32,000 nt of DNA from Candidatus Diapherotrites archaeon CG08_land_8_20_14_0_20_30_16 (GTDB taxonomy: Archaea > Iainarchaeota > Iainarchaeia > Iainarchaeales > 0-14-0-20-30-16), in the NCBI GenBank assembly GCA_002779075.1, contig PEXK01000050.1, positions 35,784 through 67,783 on the forward strand, read 5' to 3'. The notes under the pieces are model-generated. The model did not search any database. It was not told the origin of the DNA and saw only the letters and a list, made by a program, of their open reading frames with translations. The position numbers were made by a program, and so were the translations under genes. Below, piece by piece: positions 14,056-22,629 of this stretch (the first letter of the stretch is position 1; the number at the start of each line of letters is the position of its first letter).

Positions 14056-14879
14056 TGAGTAAAATGAATGCAGAAATATATCAATCATTAAAAGATTTAA
14101 GCCAAAATAAAATATATTCTGAATTAACGGAACCAACAATAAAACGAATTTGTGAATTCGCAAAAACAAAAGAAGATGCAAAAGTAATTGCACAATTTAT
14201 AGTACATATTTTGCCAAGAAATATGTCATTAGATTCGGCAATAAGAATTGCATTATATAATCTTGAGTTTTTTAAACATTTTGATATACAAGAAACTCTT
14301 TCCGAAAGATTTCAAATACGAAGAGCAGAAGGAGATTGGTGGATGCACCATGAGTCACCAGTACAATTTGAAATTGTAGATACTGAAATGAGAATTGCAA
14401 CATTTTCTTTTTATGTTGTTCCAACAGAAAAAGGATTAGAAATTCATATTAATAGTTTACAAGGATCAAAATACGAATATCCAACTATGACTCAACAACT
14501 TAGAAGTACAAAAGATGATTTGAAAGAATTAACAGAATTTTTAAAAATAAATTGGAGAATACATATTGTTAAATTACTACAAAAAAGATTTGCAAATGAA
14601 AATGTACTCATAATAGGAGATTTACCAAAAGCATTTAGATATGACCCTGGAGAAAAATACATATTAATGTTAAGACAATATCTACAAACCTTTTTACAAG
14701 CAGGAATTCCAATTGAACAAATAGATACTCCTAATATACACAAAAAATTTAAAGAATGGGTTAGACAAAATTTAAGACTAAAAAGAAAAAGAGAACAAGG
14801 AATAAAACCACAACATCAAGACAAACCTAAAAGAGTAAAATTAGAACGTAAACCCGGAACAAGAAGGCCTATGGCTTAA
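14055..14879 (+). CDS. Uncharacterised protein translationally coupled to polB, with a basic C-terminal tail
   Basis: 274-aa ORF. Its GTG shares one nucleotide with the polB TAG (alternative ATG at 14064). I recognise no family. The tail reads KRKREQGIKPQHQDKPKRVKLERKPGTRRPMA. Confidence 0.65.
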   Translation: MSKMNAEIYQSLKDLSQNKIYSELTEPTIKRICEFAKTKEDAKVIAQFIVHILPRNMSLDSAIRIALYNLEFFKHFDIQETLSERFQIRRAEGDWWMHHESPVQFEIVDTEMRIATFSFYVVPTEKGLEIHINSLQGSKYEYPTMTQQLRSTKDDLKELTEFLKINWRIHIVKLLQKRFANENVLIIGDLPKAFRYDPGEKYILMLRQYLQTFLQAGIPIEQIDTPNIHKKFKEWVRQNLRLKRKREQGIKPQHQDKPKRVKLERKPGTRRPMA

Positions 14880-14885
14880 TAAATA

Positions 14886-15377
14886 TTGTATATAATGATT
14901 ATTATGAATAAGCAAGAATTAGAATTATTAATAAAGGAAAGTGAAGGGTATCTTGATGATTTTTTAAGATTAGATTTTGGAGAAAAAATAGGCTCTGGAT
15001 TAAAGCGAATGGAAAACATATGCAAAAAGGAAAATGCCCCAATCCCCGAAATAAAAATAAGAGAAAATTATTTTTATATTACATTTAAAGAAAACAAAGA
15101 ATATTTGAAATTAGCTAATAAGACAGATAATACAAATATAAACTATAACCCAAATTCAATAGAAACTACCATGGGACTACCCTCTAACTACCCTGAAACT
15201 ACCCTAAAGATACTTACTCTAATTAATGAAAATAAAACTATAACTCGCGAACAATTAGCAGAAAAAACCGGTTTGACAATAGATGGTATAAAATATCATA
15301 TTAAAGAACTTACAAAGAAAGGAATATTAGAAAGAATTGGCCCAGATAAAGAGGGGTATTGGAAAGTAAAGAAGTGA
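14886..15377 (+). CDS. Truncated AlbA_2/HATPase_c_4-family putative transcriptional regulator (C-terminal part with wHTH only)
   Basis: 163 aa. IGSGLKRMENICKKENAPIPEIKIRENYFYITF matches the GSGI.RM...P.P.F core of the ATPase-like domain. The C-terminal winged helix reads ILTLINENKTITREQLAEKTGLTIDGIKYHIKELTKKGILERIGPDKEGYWKV. The N-terminal domains seen in full-length relatives are absent. ATG at 14895 or 14904 is more likely than TTG at 14886. Confidence 0.6.
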   Translation: MYIMIIMNKQELELLIKESEGYLDDFLRLDFGEKIGSGLKRMENICKKENAPIPEIKIRENYFYITFKENKEYLKLANKTDNTNINYNPNSIETTMGLPSNYPETTLKILTLINENKTITREQLAEKTGLTIDGIKYHIKELTKKGILERIGPDKEGYWKVKK

Positions 15378-15383
15378 ATTATT

Positions 15384-16280
15384 ATGACAATATTACAAGA
15401 ATTAAAGAAAGCAGAAAAAGCATGGAAAGACGCTAAAAAGATTGCTGATTTGCTTGTTAAGCCCGGAATTAATCTATTGCAGGTCGCAGAAGAAGTTGAA
15501 GAAAAAATAGAAGAGTCTGCAGAAATTGCATTTCCTATTAACATATCTCGCAACAATGAAGCTGCGCACTATTCTCCAAAAAGTGACTGCACAGAAACTT
15601 TCAAAGAAGGAGATTTAGTTAAAATTGATATTGGAACACATTCAAACGGATATATTGTTGATGCAGCATATACTATTGATCTTGGAAGATTACATCTTGA
15701 GTTGTGTAGGGCGTCAAAAGAAGCAGTTAACAACGCTGTGAAGTATATTCAAAAAGAAAAAAATGATGCGGAATTTGGCGAAATAGGGAATATAATTGAA
15801 ACAACAATAAAAAGCTACGACGCTTACAAGCTAATTTATAATTTAACTGGTCATTCAATGGAGCAATATAAATTACATGCTGGCAAATCTATTTTTAACC
15901 ACGCATCAAATAACAAAAACAAATTAGGACAGGGCTTGTTTGCAATTGAACCTTTTGCAACTAATGGCTCAGGACTAATACAAAATGGTTATTTCTGCAG
16001 TATTTATGATTATGCAAATTCGATTACAAGATTATCTAATTGTAGAATATTAGCAGATGAAGCGAAAAAATTCAAACTACCATTTAGTGAAAGATGGATT
16101 GGAAAAGACATGGACCCCACACAAAAGAAAATAGCAATAAATAGTTTAGTGCAATCAGGATGTTTCAGAACGCACCCTATTTTAGTAGAAAAACAAGGAT
16201 CTTATGTTTCTCAACACGAAAAAACAGTTTACATTGATGAAGATAACAAAGTACATGTATTCCCAAATATCGAGTTTTAA
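15384..16280 (+). CDS. map: Methionine aminopeptidase, type 2 (archaeal)
   Basis: 298 aa. Metal-ligand context is retained: GDLVKIDIGTHSNGYIVDAAYTI, LTGHSM, FAIEPFAT, SQHEKTVYI. Confidence 0.9.
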   Translation: MTILQELKKAEKAWKDAKKIADLLVKPGINLLQVAEEVEEKIEESAEIAFPINISRNNEAAHYSPKSDCTETFKEGDLVKIDIGTHSNGYIVDAAYTIDLGRLHLELCRASKEAVNNAVKYIQKEKNDAEFGEIGNIIETTIKSYDAYKLIYNLTGHSMEQYKLHAGKSIFNHASNNKNKLGQGLFAIEPFATNGSGLIQNGYFCSIYDYANSITRLSNCRILADEAKKFKLPFSERWIGKDMDPTQKKIAINSLVQSGCFRTHPILVEKQGSYVSQHEKTVYIDEDNKVHVFPNIEF

Positions 16281-16289
16281 GTGATGCAA

Positions 16290-16809
16290 ATGAAAAAAAC
16301 AACTTATAGAAGGCAAAATTTCAGGATGTACTGGCAGATTTTGTGAAGATATTTGTTGTGATGACGATCAAGTTATAGAATGGATCGGGAAATATCTTGC
16401 ATATCATGATTGTATTAAAGATCATTTATTATCTCATGGCATAAATATTGAATTTAAAGATGACAGAGTTTATTTTATTGGTTGTTCAGATGGAAAGAAA
16501 TGTAAATTCTTGAAATATGCATTAAATAAAGACATTGATCCTCGCCCAATAGATTGTAAGATATATCCTTTTGTTGTTGACTGGGATACAATAGATTTTG
16601 ATAAAAAAATTGTAAAATTATATTATTGGGATAATACTTGCCAATTGGTAAAAGAAAAAAAGATACCCAAAGAATTCAAAAAAGAGGTAGAACATATTAT
16701 CAAAAGAGATTTTGCACATTTATTCTGGGGCACAAAGTTTAAAATAGAATTTGTAAATAAAGTTTACAAACACAAACATAAAATGATTTGGGATATAAAG
16801 AGGACTTAA
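16290..16809 (+). pseudogene. YkgJ/UPF0153-like Cys-cluster protein, paralog 1, interrupted by a frameshift at an A7 tract (or dependent on slippage)
   Basis: The ATG at 16290 reads into TGA at 16344-16346. The conserved frame is open from 16294 to 16809 and encodes the N-terminal Cys cluster (GCTGRFCEDICCDD...), but has no start codon before TTG at 16510. Removing one A from 16293-16299 fuses the ATG to this frame. The family call rests on C.FL...RPIDCKIYPF. Confidence 0.55.
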
Positions 16810-16810
16810 T

Positions 16811-17314
16811 ATGAAAAATTCAAAGAAAGAATGTATATTAGTACCTTGCACAAAAGAAAAATGTGAATGTACTTGTTGCGATAATATTGGAATAGAAGAA
16901 TGGATAATTGAATACTGTGCATTTCATGAAAGAATGAAAGATCACCTGAAAAAAATAGGAATAAAAATTAAATTTGACAAAGATGTTATTCAATTTAGTA
17001 ATTGTTCAACAGGAAAAGAATGCAAATTTATTAAATACTCAACAAATAAAAGTATTGATTTAAGACCAATTGACTACAAAATATATCCCTATCATGTTGA
17101 TTGGAAAGAGATGGATTTTGATAATAAAAAAGCACAGTTATATTTTGCTGACTTTGATTGCCCGTTAACAAAAAAGAAAATATCTAAAGAATTTAATAAC
17201 AATGTTGAGAAAGTAATTAAAAGAGATTTCAGCTTATTATTCTATGGAATGGACTTTGATGTTGTATTCCACGATTTCTGCAGATATGATACTTTCAAAA
17301 AGAAAAAAAGATAA
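16811..17314 (+). CDS. YkgJ/UPF0153-like Cys-cluster protein, paralog 2
   Basis: 167 aa and collinear with paralog 1 throughout (PCTKEKCECTCCDN..., ECKFIKY...RPIDYKIYPY, KRDFSLLFYG). The Cys of the RP..C motif is replaced by Tyr. Confidence 0.6.
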   Translation: MKNSKKECILVPCTKEKCECTCCDNIGIEEWIIEYCAFHERMKDHLKKIGIKIKFDKDVIQFSNCSTGKECKFIKYSTNKSIDLRPIDYKIYPYHVDWKEMDFDNKKAQLYFADFDCPLTKKKISKEFNNNVEKVIKRDFSLLFYGMDFDVVFHDFCRYDTFKKKKR

Positions 17315-17935
17315 CTATTTGGTGTAGATTCTTGCATCAACAATTATAGGATTCTTTGTATCGCTTTCTATTATTACTGGGTTCAGATCAATAAATGCAA
17401 CTTCTTTGTGTTTGTGTGCAAAAAGGACTAACTTATTTACAAAAAGCCAGAATTTATCTTTATTTAAACTGGAGAGCATAGCCTGATTTTTCAAATCATT
17501 AAGCATACTTTGGAAATCTTTCTTTGTTATTGGCAATAACCTGAAAGAAACATCTTTTAATTGCTCTGCAAATCTACCACCAATGCCAACCATTATCAAT
17601 TTCCCAAATTTAGCATCATCTTTTATTCCTACAATAAATTCTTTTCCATATACTTTCTCTTGAATAACAATTTTCTTTGCCTTCAATTGTTTTGCTCTAT
17701 GCAAAATAAGAGATTTTTGTTTTACAAAACTTTGGTGAGAGTTAATTTGAAACAATGCGCCAGATTTTAATTTGTGCACTGCTTTATCTGATATTATTTT
17801 AATAAAAATTGGTTTCTTCCAAATATACTCTGCACTTTTGAATTGTAATAAAGAATAAGAATATGATTTAACAACAGCTAAATACTTTGCCAGTAAGAGT
17901 TCAGATTTGTATTCATCTAAAATTTTCAAGGTCAT
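17315..17935 (-). CDS. Stand-alone ATP-grasp domain protein (ADP-forming acetyl-CoA synthetase beta-like)
   Basis: 206 aa. The pattern E.kSk.LL..Y...(30 aa)..PIFIKIIS...HKLKSGA...VIQEKVYGKEFIVGIKDDAKFGKLIMVGIGGRFAEQLKDVSFRLLPIT...IDLNPVII......IVDARI matches the ATP-grasp_5 / ACD beta layout. Confidence 0.6.
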   Translation of the reverse strand: MTLKILDEYKSELLLAKYLAVVKSYSYSLLQFKSAEYIWKKPIFIKIISDKAVHKLKSGALFQINSHQSFVKQKSLILHRAKQLKAKKIVIQEKVYGKEFIVGIKDDAKFGKLIMVGIGGRFAEQLKDVSFRLLPITKKDFQSMLNDLKNQAMLSSLNKDKFWLFVNKLVLFAHKHKEVAFIDLNPVIIESDTKNPIIVDARIYTK

Positions 17936-17984
17936 GTTTAATATAAGTCATAAAGAAATAAATATCTTTGCTCTTGAGAAATAC

Positions 17985-18018
17985 AAAAAAAGAAAAAGGT
18001 GTAGGTTAAAAAACCTAC
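17985..18018 (-). terminator. Hairpin plus U-tract terminator after the membrane-protein gene
   Basis: On the minus strand GUAGGUU-UUUU-AACCUAC (18018-18001) is followed by ACCUUUUUCUUUUUUUG. It lies 17 nt downstream of the stop at 18035-18037. Confidence 0.5.
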
Positions 18019-18034
18019 AAATATTATATTAGAT

Positions 18035-18634
18035 CTACAAAATAGTTGGTAATAAACCAAAGCCTATTTTTCCTACTAATTGTACTGCAAAACTGCCTAA
18101 TATTGTTGCAAATCCTGCTGCTGTTCCTGATCCCAATATAAACAACACAACAACAGTTGTAATTATGTCTAATTTAAACAGGTCCATAAACAATTTGATC
18201 TCAACAATCAAAACGTATGGAAGTGCAAACAGAAGTATTAAAGCAACAATGTACACACCAGCAATAGGTATCATAGTAATCAATGACAACACAAATGCAA
18301 CAACACTTAAAACAAACCAAGGAACTGTTAAAGTTACTAATGCCTTAGAATAATCTGACTTCCCTAAAACCAAGAGTAACAGATTTAGAACCAAGCTTCC
18401 AACAAGCACAAGAATTAATGCACCTATTAGAACATACAGACTAGTCAACCAAGTTGCATCTTGAATCTTAACTGCAAAAAACCACAGAACTACAGAGATT
18501 ACAAGATACAACAAAGCATAGCTGAAATTTATTTTCAAAGCATCTTTCAATGCCTCTTTTGGATTGTAAAGAAACTTATACATCAAATCATCTCCCAAAA
18601 TATTTTTTTCAAAAATATGTTTACTCGAAGTCAT
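18035..18634 (-). CDS. Multi-pass membrane protein, possibly Yip1-like
   Basis: About five hydrophobic helices follow a short N-terminal region (YNPKEALKDALK...). The ORF extends to GTG at 18700, but ATG at 18634 or 18583 is more plausible. Confidence 0.45.
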   Translation of the reverse strand: MTSSKHIFEKNILGDDLMYKFLYNPKEALKDALKINFSYALLYLVISVVLWFFAVKIQDATWLTSLYVLIGALILVLVGSLVLNLLLLVLGKSDYSKALVTLTVPWFVLSVVAFVLSLITMIPIAGVYIVALILLFALPYVLIVEIKLFMDLFKLDIITTVVVLFILGSGTAAGFATILGSFAVQLVGKIGFGLLPTIL

Positions 18635-18845
18635 TAAAAGCTCATCTCTGCAGTTTAAATATACAAAACTTAAAAAAAGTTTTGATATTTTAACAGACAC
18701 TTTACAAGTTCTTCAACCTTTGTAAAGCCAGATGCCATTTTGATGCATTCTCACTTTCGTTCAAATACATCACAACTCATTCTTCGAATGCCTTTGTGAT
18801 GCCCCCTAATAAACTATTACATATTTTATTTTACATATTGAAAGC

Positions 18846-19088
18846 TCAGTCATTAACATAATATTTATGTGTTCTTTTTTTGAAATAATCATAGATTGCA
18901 GCACAAGTAAAAACAATTTGCAAAACTATAAAAATAGCATCTTTCAAATAAATACTGTAAATGCAAAGCAAAATACCTCCGCAAATAAAAGCAAGATCCT
19001 CTTGCTTCTTCTTTCTTAAAAGCACACCCAAAATAATAAAAATAAGCCCTAAAACACCTAAGACTCTATAAAGTACATTAAAATCCAT
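18846..19088 (-). CDS. Small three-helix membrane protein (unknown function)
   Basis: 80 aa with three predicted TM segments (VLGVLGLIFIILGVLL; LAFICGGILLCIYSIYL; IFIVLQIVFTCAAIY). Confidence 0.4.
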   Translation of the reverse strand: MDFNVLYRVLGVLGLIFIILGVLLRKKKQEDLAFICGGILLCIYSIYLKDAIFIVLQIVFTCAAIYDYFKKRTHKYYVND

Positions 19089-19119
19089 TGTATTAAATAT
19101 TGCATATTTATTTATATTC

Positions 19120-22100
19120 TTATCTTTTCTTTGTCTTTAAATGAATTATATAGAATATTAAAAACAACAAGATTACTCCTAAAAACAAAAAGTAATACAT
19201 TCTTGCAGAAGAGGTACCTAAATTTTTATTCTCTAAAACATTTTTATCTTCAAAAGTGGTAATTTGCTGATTGTTTATGTCTACATCTGGTTTTGTCTGC
19301 TTTAGCTCTGGAATAAAAATTGATTGTTTGAAAACCAATTTATCTTTAATATAACCAAATATTGTTAATTTTTTATTGGAATAAGATTTATCTAATACTA
19401 AATATTTGTTAAATGGTAGGGTAGCCAACAATACATTATTATCATAAATTTTTGCAGAACCGTTGTAAATACTATTTCCATTTGCGTCATAAAAATATAA
19501 AATTGTGTTCGTTTGCAAAGTATCTAAAACAACAGAACCAAAATCCTTTATTTCTAACAACTTATTTAGATTCTCTATTATGGATTCTTTCTCTGTTTCT
19601 TTCTGTGTAGATTTCTTAACAATTGTTATTGTTTTAGTATATTTTACATTGCTTTTTGTGTATGTAAAAATATAATCACCAACTAATAATGGTGTAAAAG
19701 ATATTGTACCAGAAGAATTTGTCTTTTCTGTTTTTACATTTGCATCAGGATATTTTATATTAACATCAGCATTCGGAACAATATTTATTTTGCCCTTTTC
19801 CTTCAATGTAATTGTAAGTGCTGTGTCGGAGTAATATTTGCCATTCACATCTCCTGTAACAGCAAATTCATAACTTGATGAACCCCAGCCTCCGCCACCT
19901 GGACCTTGAGGAGTTTCTTCTATAGTATAAGTATATTGATTTGTTGCTGAGTTGTTTGCCAAATCATAAACATTAATGTCTAAAGTGTGAGCTCCAACAG
20001 TAGATGAACCAGTACCTGAAATATAATAATTATTACCATCATTTACAACCTCAACATCTACAGGAGATCCATCAACACTAACCTCTGTTGCATCACTATT
20101 TAAATCAGCATCTTGCACCAATATATTGAAATCTTCAGTGATTGTTGTTGTAATGAAAACTGGTTTTTTATCTAATACCAATTGCAAACTAAAAACATTC
20201 ACATCTTTATTGTTGTCCTTCAAAATAATGTTATTGTAATCTAAATTTATATCATAATAGTAAATATTTTGATCTTTTGAAAAATGATATTGGGCATTAT
20301 TATCTCCTATTAAATAAATATTATAATCTTTTGTTTCATTATAATAAAAAATCAGATTTAAATCGTTTAGATCTTCCTTGTAATACAAAAAATTATTGTT
20401 ATAGTCTATATAACCATCTTCTAAATCAAAATAAGGCACATAAATAGTAATATCTTTATTCAAGCAATTGCCAAAAATATCGCAGGCATTAAAATCTAAA
20501 TCAAATCTGCCTAAAAAGGTATAGTCTTCGGCATTAAAATCCAAAACTGAAGTTATTTTATTATTATCAACAGCATAGTTTCTGGAATAATTTGAATTAA
20601 AATCATTATAATCAAGAAAATAAATATAAGAATCATAGAACTTAAAATCTTTAGTTAAATTAAAATCAGATAAATAATATATATTTTCATCATCATTTTC
20701 TGGAACAATATTATTGTATAAGCTTAAATCACTATTTGTTAACCCGCCAAATGATTTATTAAAATCATTAGAATAATAATTAAAATCTATTGACAAATTA
20801 TAATCAGTTAAAGGGTAAAAATCAGAATTTAAATCAATATTATAATCTATCAATCTATTATAATCTACCACTGAGAACAGCACAAAGCTGTTCGAATTGT
20901 GCAGATTTAAATCAAAATTTATATCCAAATTAGAATCAAAAGGTTCTCCAGTTAGTTTGCCAAAATTAAAATATAATTTAAAATTGCCATTGTTATCAGA
21001 AGTATAAAAATTATTGTCATTAGCTATATAATAATCAAATATTATCCTATTGTAATCTAAATTGCATGCTAAAGCATAATTGAAATCAAAACAGGTATTA
21101 GAACAAGAAATAATTAAATATGAATTTGAATCAGCAGTAGTTATACTTACTTGTTCAACATTATCTATTGAAGAATTACTTATTTGATTAGAATCTGCTT
21201 TTATTAAGTTTAAATCAAAGTTTTGAAGAAAAGGATTGCCATTATTATCAAAAGATCTACGCCAAACTAAACTACATTTTGCATTTTCATTAGAGTCTAA
21301 AAAGAAATAATCATCCAAAGATTTGTAAATTAAAGTGTTGTAAAAATTATTATCATAATAAAAATTATCCACATCAAATACATATTCTCTTGAAAAACTG
21401 TTCTGATCATATGCATTCTGCAAATTCACATATCCCCAGCCAGTATACCTGTCCCAACTTACAGCATTAACATCATCTGCACTATTAATTAACAAAGCCT
21501 TGACCTCTAAAGGTGTTAAACCTAATTGAGACAAAAGAGCAGCACTTGCAGTTACATGAGGAGTAGATGCACTTGTTCCATCCCAATAATCCCAAGAAGA
21601 ATATCCTTCTGAAAATATATCTTGGCCCGGAGCAGTTAAATCTGGCTTTTTTCTATCATCATCAGTAGGGCCTTGAGATGAAAACCAAGTATAAGTATCA
21701 TCATTTCTGTTGTTTGTGTCATTATCATTTACTGCGCCAACACACAAAATATTGTAACCAGAGCAATCATCAGAAATTGAATAACCATTTAATGTGCAAT
21801 GCCCAGAATTGCCTGCTGCAAACATAAACAAAGCATCTGTACCAGCAGTTGCAAAACTATAATCCAAATAATCCCAGGATATAGCATTATCACCATTACC
21901 ATCTGCATTCACAAAAGGATTACGAATACAGGTATTTGGATCATATTTAGCAGAGCCCCAAGAATTATTAATATAGTTAGCACCATTTGCAACTACCCAA
22001 CCAAAAACAGTTTCAAAATTTACACCTACTGGAACACTGCCAGAACTATCAAATATCTTTGCAGAAACAAGATTAGCATCATAAGCCACTCCATTATAAT

Positions 22101-22581
22101 CAGGGTCTAAAGATGGTCTGCCAGCTAAAATACTAGATACCAAACAACCATGTTCAAGAGTATGGCATTCCTCATTTATATCATCTGCGAAATCTACTGC
22201 TACAGAAATTTTGTTAGTTAAAGCATCAGAAGAATAAGAGATTCCTGAATCAATAACACCTATTTTGAGATTCTGGCCTGTAAATCCTTTAGTCCAAATA
22301 TAGTCTGCTTTTATTGAAGGCACAGAATATATCTGGAATGGTTGTATTAAAGAATTGTTAATATCTGCCATTACTTTTATTTCTGGATTTTTCCTAACCA
22401 AATCATTATATTCATAGTCATTAACAAATTCATAATTTCCTTTTGGATTCTGAGAATCATAATTTGATGTAATTAATGATTCATAAGGGGTGGTTTGTGG
22501 CACAAAAACTAGCTTAGTAGAAAACACAAAAGAAAAGAGTAATAAGAAACAAACACAAAGAACAAATATCTGCTTGAACAT
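19120..22581 (-). CDS. Membrane-anchored extracellular subtilisin-like (S8) serine protease with a long D/N/Y-rich repeat region
   Basis: 1153 aa. N-terminal signal-like hydrophobic segment. Catalytic triad contexts: IGVIDSGI (Asp111), HGCLVSSILAG (His144), GTSASTPHVTASAALL (Ser337). Then a low-complexity region at residues ~500-800, Ig-like and carboxypeptidase-regulatory-like beta domains, and a C-terminal TM helix followed by KTKKR. Confidence 0.9.
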   Translation of the reverse strand: MFKQIFVLCVCFLLLFSFVFSTKLVFVPQTTPYESLITSNYDSQNPKGNYEFVNDYEYNDLVRKNPEIKVMADINNSLIQPFQIYSVPSIKADYIWTKGFTGQNLKIGVIDSGISYSSDALTNKISVAVDFADDINEECHTLEHGCLVSSILAGRPSLDPDYNGVAYDANLVSAKIFDSSGSVPVGVNFETVFGWVVANGANYINNSWGSAKYDPNTCIRNPFVNADGNGDNAISWDYLDYSFATAGTDALFMFAAGNSGHCTLNGYSISDDCSGYNILCVGAVNDNDTNNRNDDTYTWFSSQGPTDDDRKKPDLTAPGQDIFSEGYSSWDYWDGTSASTPHVTASAALLSQLGLTPLEVKALLINSADDVNAVSWDRYTGWGYVNLQNAYDQNSFSREYVFDVDNFYYDNNFYNTLIYKSLDDYFFLDSNENAKCSLVWRRSFDNNGNPFLQNFDLNLIKADSNQISNSSIDNVEQVSITTADSNSYLIISCSNTCFDFNYALACNLDYNRIIFDYYIANDNNFYTSDNNGNFKLYFNFGKLTGEPFDSNLDINFDLNLHNSNSFVLFSVVDYNRLIDYNIDLNSDFYPLTDYNLSIDFNYYSNDFNKSFGGLTNSDLSLYNNIVPENDDENIYYLSDFNLTKDFKFYDSYIYFLDYNDFNSNYSRNYAVDNNKITSVLDFNAEDYTFLGRFDLDFNACDIFGNCLNKDITIYVPYFDLEDGYIDYNNNFLYYKEDLNDLNLIFYYNETKDYNIYLIGDNNAQYHFSKDQNIYYYDINLDYNNIILKDNNKDVNVFSLQLVLDKKPVFITTTITEDFNILVQDADLNSDATEVSVDGSPVDVEVVNDGNNYYISGTGSSTVGAHTLDINVYDLANNSATNQYTYTIEETPQGPGGGGWGSSSYEFAVTGDVNGKYYSDTALTITLKEKGKINIVPNADVNIKYPDANVKTEKTNSSGTISFTPLLVGDYIFTYTKSNVKYTKTITIVKKSTQKETEKESIIENLNKLLEIKDFGSVVLDTLQTNTILYFYDANGNSIYNGSAKIYDNNVLLATLPFNKYLVLDKSYSNKKLTIFGYIKDKLVFKQSIFIPELKQTKPDVDINNQQITTFEDKNVLENKNLGTSSARMYYFLFLGVILLFLIFYIIHLKTKKR

Positions 22582-22629
22582 ATTAATTATAAATAATATA
22601 GGTATATTTAAATGGTATTATATAGCAAA

